Shown here in pieces: positions 10,860 through 19,607 of a stretch of DNA of 32,000 bases. Each line of letters opens with the position of its first letter. Positions within the stretch are counted from its first letter, which is position 1. The notes beneath the pieces were generated by a model. The model did not search any database, had not been told where the DNA came from, and worked only from the letters and a program-made list of their open reading frames with translations. Source of the DNA: Paramicrosporidium saccamoebae KSL3 (taxonomy: Eukaryota; Fungi; Cryptomycota); contig MTSL01000097.1 of NCBI GenBank assembly GCA_002794465.1, positions 19,931 to 51,930 on the forward strand, written 5' to 3'. A program made the position numbers and the translations under genes.

Positions 10860-10931
10860 TTCCGCATCGGGGAATCGAACCCCGGCCTTCTCGGTGAGAG
10901 CGAGAGATCCTAGCCACTAGACCAATGCGGA
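10860..10931 (-). tRNA. tRNA-Glu (CTC)
   Basis: TCCGCAT/ATGCGGA acceptor stem, TCTCG-CT CTC AC-CGAGA anticodon arm, CGGGG-TTCGATT-CCCCG T arm. 72 nt. Confidence 0.97.
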
Positions 10932-10951
10932 TACATTTGCAGAGGGTAAAG

Positions 10952-11767
10952 CTATTTATTATTACTAAAAATCCACGCTTGAAGAATTGGCTGGGTTGCT
11001 GTAGTGTCGGTTGCCCTGATGGCTGACATTTTTGTAGTTGAGAAGAGAGGTCCATGACCAGACCAGAAAAACTCGATACGTTGATCTGTATTGAGCTGTT
11101 TGCGTACGATTTCACGCAAATGGCCTATGCATACATCAGGGAAATCTGGAACCTCAAACGCTACATCATCGCCAGTGGACAATCTGATGTTGATGTTCTT
11201 TGTGGGAAGGCCTTTGGGAAGAGAAGGCAAATTACAGGTTTCGTCTTTGGCTTCCTGTCCATCAACTAGTCCATTAGCTGGCGTGGCAAGACAGTAAGGA
11301 GGGATGCTGTACCGATAACCCCTTTCATCGTATGCCTCTGTCAGAGTCCCCGTCGGCGTGGTTACTCCCACGCAATCCAGGATCATTTTTGCCGTCTCCA
11401 TGTCCGCCTGTCCCACCGTCACTGCATTCCTCAGTGCCTGCCACACTTCCACTGCTCCGCCATATGCGGGTGCCGTCTCCCAAAACTCTTCTCTCCTCCT
11501 CGTTAGCTGGGCGGCGGTCAAGGGAACTGGCGTTCGCCAGGGAATGGCAATCTTTTGCAGCTCACAATTATGAACAGAGGCCCGAACTGAGGTGCATGGC
11601 CGAGGATTGGGTGGGAATTGGGAATATTTCTGGCCAAGGGAGTATTGAGCGGGAAAGACACACTCATCTAGTAGTTGCTGAGAGTCAGCAAGGGTGTTGG
11701 CCTGAGCACTGCCTTGGTTCTCATTGTCAGTCTCATCTCCACAGCAGTAGGAAACGCATGCGCCCAT
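10952..11767 (-). CDS. Ubiquitin-domain-containing protein (UBTD1/2, DC-UbP family)
   Basis: RREEFWETAPAYGGAVEVWQALRNA and GTLTEAYDERGYRYSIPPYC (DC-UbP domain), plus a C-terminal ubiquitin-like domain. True start is MGACVSYCC at 11767 (family-typical MG-x-C acylation motif). Confidence 0.88.
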   Translation of the reverse strand: MGACVSYCCGDETDNENQGSAQANTLADSQQLLDECVFPAQYSLGQKYSQFPPNPRPCTSVRASVHNCELQKIAIPWRTPVPLTAAQLTRRREEFWETAPAYGGAVEVWQALRNAVTVGQADMETAKMILDCVGVTTPTGTLTEAYDERGYRYSIPPYCLATPANGLVDGQEAKDETCNLPSLPKGLPTKNINIRLSTGDDVAFEVPDFPDVCIGHLREIVRKQLNTDQRIEFFWSGHGPLFSTTKMSAIRATDTTATQPILQAWIFSNNK

Positions 11768-11798
11768 GATTTGATGGAAAACTAAATTATTAACTTTG

Positions 11799-12866
11799 AT
11801 GCCTGGTTCGGAGTTTGAATTGGACCAGAAGCTACCGGTGGGCATTCTCGGAGCTACAGGCATTGTTGGGCAGCGCATGGCTGCCTTACTAGAGGGGCAT
11901 CCATGGTTTGAGTTAAAGGTCGTTGGTGCATCGAATGCTTCCGTGGGTAAAAGATATGGCAATGTTAAATGGCGCATCGACAATCCGTCATTCGTTCCCG
12001 ATGCAGCCTCTAGACTGGAAGTTGTATCTTGTGACCTTGAGAATTTTCAGAACTGTGCCTGGGTATTTTCAGCTTTAGATTCGAGTGTAGCCCAGGAAAT
12101 CGAGCCCCGTTTCCAGCAGGCAGTAATCCCAATCTTTACCAACAGCTCAGCATTCAGGATGGATCCCACTGTACCATTGATCGTGCCCACGGCTAATGGA
12201 CTCGATTTCGTCAAACTTTTGCGAACTGATCCAAAGGGACTCCTTGTGGCAAACTCTAACTGCACGACTAGCGGAATCGCAGTAGTGCTGGCGGCGTTTG
12301 TCAAGGCGGGATTGGAGCTAGACGCAGTGACGATCCACTCGTTGCAAGCAGTTTCAGGCGCAGGAGTATCCCCGGGTCTTTCCGTCATGGATATTCACGA
12401 CAATGTTGTCCCTTATATCAGTGAGGAAGAACCAAAGATTGAAGAGGAGATTAGAAAAATACTTGGATTCGATGATCTAAAGGTTTCTGCATCATGCAAC
12501 CGAGTGATGGTTACAGATGGACACACTGTTAACCTGGCCGTCAAGTTTAAATCCACATTAAACAAGTCCTTACTTGTCACCAAGTCAAAAAAGGCTCTCA
12601 CTGATTACTCGGTAGGCATTAAGCAGCTGCCCACAATGCCCAAGACTGCAATCTTTTTGTTTGACGAAACCACCAACGATCGGCCCCAGCCAAAGCTCGA
12701 TCGTATGCGTGAAGGCGGCATGTGTACATCCGTAGGTCGTCTCCGTGAATGCCCTGTCATGGACATTAAACTAACTCTTCTCCTTCATAACACGATCCTC
12801 GGTGCGGCCGGCAGTGCACTACTAAATGCCGAGCTCGCCTTTTCCGAGGGGATGATTAAAGCATGA
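11799..12866 (+). CDS. HOM2: Aspartate-semialdehyde dehydrogenase
   Basis: VGILGATGIVGQR NAD-binding motif, FSALD, NSNCTT catalytic Cys, SGAG, CNRVMVTDGH, HNTILGAAG. Only ATG before the Rossmann motif is 11799. Confidence 0.95.
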   Translation: MPGSEFELDQKLPVGILGATGIVGQRMAALLEGHPWFELKVVGASNASVGKRYGNVKWRIDNPSFVPDAASRLEVVSCDLENFQNCAWVFSALDSSVAQEIEPRFQQAVIPIFTNSSAFRMDPTVPLIVPTANGLDFVKLLRTDPKGLLVANSNCTTSGIAVVLAAFVKAGLELDAVTIHSLQAVSGAGVSPGLSVMDIHDNVVPYISEEEPKIEEEIRKILGFDDLKVSASCNRVMVTDGHTVNLAVKFKSTLNKSLLVTKSKKALTDYSVGIKQLPTMPKTAIFLFDETTNDRPQPKLDRMREGGMCTSVGRLRECPVMDIKLTLLLHNTILGAAGSALLNAELAFSEGMIKA

Positions 12867-12993
12867 CATGCTGTAATGCCATGGAGCCTGTGTTTATCGG
12901 TAGGACGGTAGGAAATGCGACTATTTAATAAAAAACGACCTCCTCTTCCACTATGCGACACAAAGGCGCTTTATATGAACATTATCCAATAGG

Positions 12994-13793
12994 TTATTTT
13001 GGTGTTGGTGGGATTCGCACTGGTGACAATGGACGTGTTCTTGCACGCTTTGACAAGCCAACCCTACGGATCGGCCCTCCGCTGCTGGGAGTTGCAATAC
13101 GTCGAGGTACTGGGCTGGTTTGATCCACTGAAGTAACCCTAGGAGTAGTGGGAATGCTCCTGATTGCTGTTGGAGTGCTTTTGGCCGCTGTGGGAGTAGA
13201 GGTGACCGCTGTAGGGGTAGATGGGGCCTTGGCTGGCGCACTCCTGGCTTTTGCAGGCGCCTTCTTAACTAATACAGCTGGAGCAGCCTTTGCTCGACCC
13301 TTGGGTGGTGCTTTAGTCTTGGGCGGCGCTTTGGCCTTGGGTGGTGCTTTAGCCTTGGGTGGCGCTTTGGTTCGTGCGGGTGGGGCCTTCCTACTATTTC
13401 CCTTTTTCGGTTTATCGCTCATTGAAAACTCTTCGCCGGAATCTACATCGTCGACGGATTCAGATGCTCCGTCAGATTCAGATGCTCCATCGGATTCAAA
13501 TGCTTCACCAGACTCTGAATCATCAAAAGGCTCTGAATCTTCGGCAGACAAAAAGAGCTTCTCATCATATTCAAAATCCGACTCGACCGGTTTTGCCCGT
13601 GGCAGACTTCTGGAGGTACTTGTGCTTGCACCATCGCCAGCGCTTGGTGGAGAAGCAGTCCATGGTTCCGCCTCGCAATCTTTGCTTTTAGCAATGCATT
13701 TTACCTTCCCTGCCGCGGCTGGACTATCCCAATTACGCAAATCGCACAATAGTACCTCCGGGAACACTGAACTGGAGAACTCCCACCAAGCAT
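12994..13793 (-). CDS. Low-complexity acidic/basic nuclear protein, possible RAD51AP1-like
   Basis: Acidic tract, Lys/Ala/Pro repeats, many S/T-P sites. C-terminal RRVGLSKRARTRPL resembles the RAD51AP1 C-terminal motif (RLGLSRLARVKPL). Proposed ATG 13793 with intron 13724-13755 (32 nt); the ORF-track start is TTG. Confidence 0.6.
13300..13371. repeat. Coding minisatellite, 4 x 18 bp ([AT]KAPPK)
   Basis: Units cttgggyggygctttrgy at 13300, 13318, 13336 and 13354. Confidence 0.9.
13457..13510. repeat. Coding minisatellite, 3 x 18 bp (ESDGAS-type)
   Basis: Units gattcaratgctycryc[ag] at 13457, 13475 and 13493. Confidence 0.85.
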
Positions 13794-13881
13794 CCAAAAT
13801 GGGCGCGTTGAATTGATTGGTCAGAATTTTTCTAATTTTAGTCCGCCAGGGTTTGAGGGTAGAGTGAGTTCCGAGTAGGTA

Positions 13882-15189
13882 ATGGTTGGAATGTTGTCAC
13901 ACAAGTTTAAAGTTGCTGATATCGGGTTGGCTGAGCTCGGCCGCAAGGAGATTGATATTGCTGAAAATGAAATGCCCGGACTTATGGCCCTTCGCAAAAA
14001 GTACGGCTCCGTGCAACCGCTCAAGGGTGCCCGCATCGCCGGCTGTCTCCACATGACTGTGCAGACTGCAGTCCTTATTGAAACCTTGAAGGAACTTGGA
14101 GCCGAAGTCACCTGGAGTAGCTGCAACATCTACTCGACTCACGACCCAGCGGCCGCTGCGATTGCTGCCACTGGTGTGCCGGTGTTTGCCTGGAAGGACG
14201 AGAGTTTGGAAGAGTATGAATGGTGCATCGAGCAGACCATTACTGGTTTTGCCAACGGTGAGCCTCTCAACATGATTCTCGACGATGGTGGTGATTTGAC
14301 TGAGATTGTACACCGTAAATACCCCCACTTGTTGGCCGGCATCCGCGGCATTAGTGAAGAGACCACGACTGGTGTTCGATCCCTGTATCGCATGATGCGT
14401 GAGGGAATTCTCAAGGTGCCAGCTATCAATGTCAACGACTCGGTCACCAAGACCAAATTCGACAACTTGTATGGCTGTCGCGAGAGTCTTATGGACGGAA
14501 TTAAGCGTGCCACCGACGTGATGATTGCGGGCAAGGTTGCAGTTGTTGCTGGTTATGGAGATGTGGGCAAGGGATGTGCCATGGCTCTGAAGGGTCTTGG
14601 TGCTCGCGTCCTTATTACCGAAGTTGATCCCATCAACGCTCTTCAGGCAGCCATGGAAGGCTACGAGGTGACCACTATGGAGGAGGCTGTCAAGGAGGCT
14701 CGCATCGTCGTTACCGCCACCGGCTGTCGCGACATTGTGCGTGCAGAGCACTTTATGGCTATGAACGACGATACAATTGTCTGTAACATTGGCCATTTCG
14801 ACATTGAGATTGACGTTGCCTGGCTCACTAAGAATTCCACGGCCATTAACATCAAGCCTCAGGTCGATCGCTTTACCCTGACGAATGGCAAACGCATCAT
14901 TCTTCTCGCTTCTGGTCGTCTTGTCAACTTGGGTTGTGCCAAGGGTCATCCCAGCTTTGTGATGAGCACCTCATTCTGCAACCAGACTTTGGCCCAGATT
15001 GCTCTCTGGACCGACACTGACAAGTTCCCCCTCGGCGTGCACATCTTGCCCAAACAGCTAGACGAAGAAGTTGCACGTCTGCATTTAGACCAGCTTGGTG
15101 TCAAGCTCACTTCGCTCTCTGCCGAACAGGCCTCCTATCTGGGCATTGACGTACAAGGACCCTTCAAGCCTGACCACTACCGCTACTAA
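13882..15189 (+). CDS. SAH1: S-adenosylhomocysteine hydrolase
   Basis: [67 protein letters not shown]. The start may be ATG 13891. Confidence 0.99.
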   Translation: MVGMLSHKFKVADIGLAELGRKEIDIAENEMPGLMALRKKYGSVQPLKGARIAGCLHMTVQTAVLIETLKELGAEVTWSSCNIYSTHDPAAAAIAATGVPVFAWKDESLEEYEWCIEQTITGFANGEPLNMILDDGGDLTEIVHRKYPHLLAGIRGISEETTTGVRSLYRMMREGILKVPAINVNDSVTKTKFDNLYGCRESLMDGIKRATDVMIAGKVAVVAGYGDVGKGCAMALKGLGARVLITEVDPINALQAAMEGYEVTTMEEAVKEARIVVTATGCRDIVRAEHFMAMNDDTIVCNIGHFDIEIDVAWLTKNSTAINIKPQVDRFTLTNGKRIILLASGRLVNLGCAKGHPSFVMSTSFCNQTLAQIALWTDTDKFPLGVHILPKQLDEEVARLHLDQLGVKLTSLSAEQASYLGIDVQGPFKPDHYRY

Positions 15190-15322
15190 ACGCACCAATA
15201 AATTGTGTCATGCATACAATAACGCATAAAAGTGTAAGAGGATGTATTCACAGATTAAAATACTTGATTGAAAGAGCTCGCACTGCAATTACCACCACGC
15301 ATAACTACAATTACATACATCA

Positions 15323-17383
15323 TTATCCCAGGGTGCGATCCAAGTTGAACGCAGCACTTATCAGACTCAGATGGGTAAAGGCTTGTGGAAAATTGCCCAA
15401 TGCAGATCCGTCGAGGCCAATCTCCTCGCTAAACAGTCCCAAATGGTTCGCATAGCCGATAATGTCCTCGAACAGTAGTCTCGACTCGGCCAGGAACTTT
15501 GGATTGCGCTTCCCTGCCCTCGCCAGCGCCTCCACCAGCCAAAAGGAGCAAATCGTAAATGTGCCCTCCAAGTCATCTGCCTGTCGGTTGAACCTGAACA
15601 CTAAATGGTTGACGGTCAGACCACCCAACTTTGGGGGGAGAAGCGTACGTTCCAGAGTACGAAGGAAACGGGGATCATCGGGCGGAAGGAAGAATACCAG
15701 AGGCATTATAAGATTACTTGCATCAAGAGTCGGCCCACCATAATATTGAGTAAAGACGCCCAGAGTATCATTGTAGCCGCCATCCATCACACTTGTGTAA
15801 ATTGCATCTCTTGCGGTAGTCCAGGTCGGAATCAGCCCGGGAAGAGACCTCTTTTGAGAGAGACGGATCGCTCGATCAAGGGCGACCCAGGCCATTACCT
15901 TGCTGTAAACGTGATGTTCTGGTGGTCCCCTTCCCTCCCAAATCCCATGGTCCGGATCGTTCCATCGCCGCAGCACGTGGGGGATTATTCTGTCTCGTAT
16001 AATTTTCCAAAAATCATACGAAATGGGACGCACCCATTTATCGCAAAGATAGATTGCATCAAGGAGCTCTCCATAAATGTCCAGCTGGTGTTGGAAGGCG
16101 GCCAGGTTGCCGATCCTAACCGGTCGGCTATCCTTGTAGCCAGTCCAATGCTCCAAGGTGAGCTCTCCAGCTAAGATTGATTCGTCACCACCAACTGCAT
16201 CGACTTTGACAGTCGGATGAAATCCACGAATATCATACATTAGACGTAAACCGGCCGGGTCAGGATCTGCAATTTCTCGGCATCGGTGTTCAATCCACGT
16301 CATAAAATCAGCCGCTTCCTCCTTTAAACCGATACGAAGGAAGGCATAGACGGTGAATGCAGCATCGCGGATCCATGTGAAACGATAATCCCAGTTCTTT
16401 TCACCTCCAAGAGTCTCAGGAAGGGAGGTGGTCGGGGCTGCAATGATGGCGCCAGTGGGGGCAAATGTCATCAGCTTTAAGACGAGTGCAGACCTATTGA
16501 CCATTTCCCTCCAGCGACCTCGATACGTGCAGTTGCTTAACCATCGGTGCCAATAATCGTTGGTTTCGTGAAGAAGGTGCTGCAGCGTCTCTGCACTTGG
16601 GCATGGTTCCTCTTCATCAAGAGGCTGACGTAGTAGAAAAATTATAGCCTGGTGTTCGCCCAGTTCAAAAGAGCCTTCCAGCATTGGAAGCTGTACAGTC
16701 TGACCAGTTTCGGGATACGTTATCTGTTCGTCCACCACTTTCCACTCGACCTCTTTTGTCCCTCCCCCAAGGGAAAGGGGATGTGCCGATAATTCCAATG
16801 TCATATCATCACTTATAAAGCTCTTTGTTGTCTCCCCCTCCTCGATTCGATGAGACATGCGTCCATAATCGAATGCCGGCTGGCATCTTAGACGAAATTT
16901 CACGGAACCCCGCACTGCTTCCACCTTGCGAACAAGCCAAGGCCACCCTTTGGCTCTCGCTTTAATTCCGGGCAGCAATTTCTCCTGGGCCTTATCATTC
17001 ACTTGCAAAGTTTGACGGAGTAGCTCGTCAGAGATGCTGCCAGCAGCCTTGCTGTTAATACTGGTGACAGGGAGAAAATCGGTAACCTGCCCAATGCCGC
17101 CAGCAGCGCCGAGAAATCGCGTCACCAATACATTACTGGATGGCAAGTACAGCTGCTTCGGAGTCCAGCCGGAACATTCACTTGGCGAAATCTGATAAAA
17201 TCCGCCACCGACCCTCGTTAGCAGCTGTCCAAACACCAGCGGACTATCGAAATGAGGAAAGCAAAAATGATCAATGCTTGCGTCTTGCTTACTAACCAAC
17301 GCGATCGTGTGTAGATTTCCAACCACTCCATAATCCTCAATAGGTAGGAAATGGTCCGCTCTCCCGCCACATAGAGTCGTCAT
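15323..17383 (-). CDS. Glycoside hydrolase family 15 (trehalase/glucoamylase-like, non-secreted type)
   Basis: IEDYGVVGNLHT, WDYRFTWIRDA, HQLDIYGE, GIWEGR, GLFSEE, GNFPQAFTH. First ATG 17383 (ORF track starts at GTG). Intronless, no signal peptide. Confidence 0.9.
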   Translation of the reverse strand: MTTLCGGRADHFLPIEDYGVVGNLHTIALVSKQDASIDHFCFPHFDSPLVFGQLLTRVGGGFYQISPSECSGWTPKQLYLPSSNVLVTRFLGAAGGIGQVTDFLPVTSINSKAAGSISDELLRQTLQVNDKAQEKLLPGIKARAKGWPWLVRKVEAVRGSVKFRLRCQPAFDYGRMSHRIEEGETTKSFISDDMTLELSAHPLSLGGGTKEVEWKVVDEQITYPETGQTVQLPMLEGSFELGEHQAIIFLLRQPLDEEEPCPSAETLQHLLHETNDYWHRWLSNCTYRGRWREMVNRSALVLKLMTFAPTGAIIAAPTTSLPETLGGEKNWDYRFTWIRDAAFTVYAFLRIGLKEEAADFMTWIEHRCREIADPDPAGLRLMYDIRGFHPTVKVDAVGGDESILAGELTLEHWTGYKDSRPVRIGNLAAFQHQLDIYGELLDAIYLCDKWVRPISYDFWKIIRDRIIPHVLRRWNDPDHGIWEGRGPPEHHVYSKVMAWVALDRAIRLSQKRSLPGLIPTWTTARDAIYTSVMDGGYNDTLGVFTQYYGGPTLDASNLIMPLVFFLPPDDPRFLRTLERTLLPPKLGGLTVNHLVFRFNRQADDLEGTFTICSFWLVEALARAGKRNPKFLAESRLLFEDIIGYANHLGLFSEEIGLDGSALGNFPQAFTHLSLISAAFNLDRTLG

Positions 17384-17429
17384 CCAGCCAATTAAATTCA
17401 CAAAGTCTGTGTCTTTATTATCTCAATAT

Positions 17430-17921
17430 TTAGTGAGCGGCACGACGACTTTCAGCCAAAACACCGTTGAGTTCCTCGAGCTTCTTCTTGGCACGACGCA
17501 GGGTTCCCAACTAAAAATCAGCAACACATGAACTGCTCATACGCGACGCTTGGCAAGCTTGCGGGCACGCTTATCCTTGCTGTTCTTCAGGAGCTCCAGA
17601 ATGCGGCGCTCATAGGGGGCGAAGCCGGTCACCTCGCGGACAAGGTCACGGATGAACTTGACACGCTTGCTGATTCCCTAGTAGTTAGTGCTGTTCGAGG
17701 GAAAGAAAGGGAGATGCAGCCTCGGAGGGCCACCCAGAGGATGGATGGAAGGGCCGCCTTTGGGTGGGGTGTCGCTCCGGAAGCCATATAGTCAAATTCG
17801 ATGGAATGATACGTACTCCCTTACGGTGAGAGGGCTTAGCGGGAACAGCGCGGGGAGTGACGATGTGGCCGTGGTTGGCACCAACGGCGATACCGCTCTT
17901 AGCAACCTTCACTGCGGCCAT
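17430..17921 (-). CDS. RPL36: 60S ribosomal protein L36 (eL36), 3 exons
   Basis: Exons 17817-17921, 17543-17677 and 17430-17510 give [10 protein letters not shown]...[62 protein letters not shown] (106 aa). Introns are 139 nt (canonical CTAAC branch) and 32 nt. Confidence 0.97.
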
Positions 17922-18253
17922 AGGAGTATCTGGAGGGCCCTGCCGGGGTACTGGCTACTATTGTCACCCAGGCTGGCGCTGATTATCTGCACCGTTGTTG
18001 TTGTAATACAGTAGTGCAGAGTCTTGCTGCAGAGTTGGCAGAATTCTAAAGGAATAAATGCTCTAATCGACTTTAGAGTCGAGGCAACTAGCTTATAATC
18101 ATGGCCATGGATCTGGGTCATTTGGTGGGATGATGCAATCATTGCGCTAATCTCCCTTCAAGTAGCTACGCTATGTCCCCAATACGTTGTAATGACCTTG
18201 CTTCCGTAATGAAATGTCCTACATCACCATTATAATTACATTATAGGCACTAC

Positions 18254-18260
18254 TATAAAA
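18254..18260 (+). promoter_or_regulatory. TATA box upstream of the RNase P RNA gene
   Basis: TATAAAA 26-32 nt upstream of the predicted 5' end at about 18286. Confidence 0.6.
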
Positions 18261-18285
18261 GGCAACACCCTGGTCCAATAAAATT

Positions 18286-18536
18286 GGCAGAGGGAAGCTT
18301 CCGCATAGGAGTGTCTCGGCATTCTTGGGAAGGTCTGAGAAAAGCCAGCTAGTCTAGACGGCATCCGGCTAAACGCTGGAGTGGATGACCAGAAACGGCC
18401 TTGGGCCTTACCTCCCCTGGATGCGATGTTGAGCGAAAGGGGGAGGACTGGAACGCCATCCACAGGTGGCTTGGTAGTGCAATGCGGAAGGCGGCTACGG
18501 TCGTAACTCAATTCAGACTACTCTTCCTCTGCCCAC
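18286..18536 (+). ncRNA. RPR1: Nuclear RNase P RNA (H1/RPR1 homolog), about 250 nt
   Basis: CR-I GGGAAGGUCUGAGA and CR-V AACUCAAUUCAGACUACU closely match human H1 RNA (P4). P1 GGCAGAGGGAAG/CUUCCUCUGCC, P2 CCGCAU/AUGCGG, P10/11 GUGGAUG/CAUCCAC, P12 CCUCCCC/GGGGGAGG, CR-II AGAAAC, CR-III UGGAAC. Confidence 0.95.
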
Positions 18537-18574
18537 TTTGTTCATAATAAAATCAACTGTTCGGTGGCGTGTGC

Positions 18575-19334
18575 ATGGGATTGGCAAAGGGCACATTTAT
18601 GGCGTATGTGGCAATGAAGGACTCGGAGCCGACCAGTCTGGAGGCTCTTTTGAGAGAGTCGTATACATCTTCTGGATGGCCTGAGCATTATGTGTCTGAA
18701 GACTTGGGCCGTCTTGCCAAAGAGCACATTGATAACGTAGACATCCTGAAACGCGTCATTGAGGAGGGTTATAGTTACAAGGTACAATTCAGCTCCGTTT
18801 ATGATGGCGTGATGATAGATTCAAATTCCCGCTGTCAGTATAGACGTTCTAGCTGCAAAGCTTGGCCTACCGGTTAAGCTGCGCTTTAAAATTAGCGATT
18901 CCGTCAAACCAGTCCTTGCCTCTGTTATCGAAAAGTACCGCAAGTCGTTGGAGGCTTTCCGGATCTACGAAGTAGCGCATGTTGCTAATATTTCCAAGAA
19001 AGGCTGGAAGAAACAAGACCTACCAAAAGGAATTAAGATTCGCATAGAGGATGCTGTGGATGCAAAGAGTGACGTGCTGGCCTCTCTAAGTGCTGAATTT
19101 GCAAAGACCACATTGACGCTTCCAAACCGAATGACCGTTTCTTCTGCCGATGGGAAGAAATACGAAACGGATAGATACTGTCCACACAAGGGAGTTGATC
19201 TTATCTGCGCGTCAATCGAAGGGTCCATTCTAACATGCCCAAAGCACCGCTGGAAATTTGATTTGTCTCGGGGAGGGACGTGTGTGGAGGGAAAAAGTCC
19301 ATGCACTCTCAACGCAGTTGCTCTGGATTGGTAA
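18575..19334 (+). CDS. Rieske [2Fe-2S] domain protein with a SAM-like N-terminal domain, 2 exons
   Basis: Intron 18782-18818 (37 nt) joins the two ORFs. C-terminal CPH-x16-CPKH Rieske ligands. N-terminal EHIDNVDIL...KLGLPVKLRFKI is SAM-like. Start uncertain (18575, 18599 or 18614). Confidence 0.8.
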
Positions 19335-19607
19335 AATCTGTCAACTCGAATCTTGCCAGTCCTTGTAAATAACTACTTGGGAATAAATAATCTATTGTGA
19401 GACATCATATCGATGGGTTATAAGTAAAAGGCTCTTACTCTTACAAACGAGTAGATACCCCAGATCAAAGACCCTTTTTCTTTAGAACAAACGTGATCTC
19501 GTAGGTATGCCGGATTAGACCCTTTGTCTCCAAATGAATACCTCACAAAACCCATTTACAGTGCTACATGCTATCGCACACACACCATTGATAACTTTAT
19601 TCTGATC

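Noticed and set aside
11768-11983. 72-aa N-terminal extension of the UBTD ORF in the ORF track
   Set aside because: It overlaps HOM2 antisense; the family-typical MG-x-C start is at 11767.
13148-13816. 222-aa hydrophobic Ala/Gly/Leu-rich plus-strand ORF that looks like a membrane protein
   Set aside because: It is the antisense shadow of the Lys/Ala/Pro repeats of the minus-strand gene.
13897-14949. 350-aa minus-strand ORF
   Set aside because: Antisense shadow of the strongly codon-biased SAH1; no motifs.
17528-18014. Plus-strand ORFs 17528..17791 and 17688..18014
   Set aside because: Antisense to RPL36 exons and intron.
18236-18511. 91-aa minus-strand ORF
   Set aside because: Antisense to the RNase P RNA; non-ATG start; no motifs.
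19423-19432. GCCTTTTACT on the minus strand, like U5 snRNA loop 1
   Set aside because: No closing stem and no Sm site nearby. A similar GCCTTTTAT near 18254-18262 is just the reverse complement of the TATA box.
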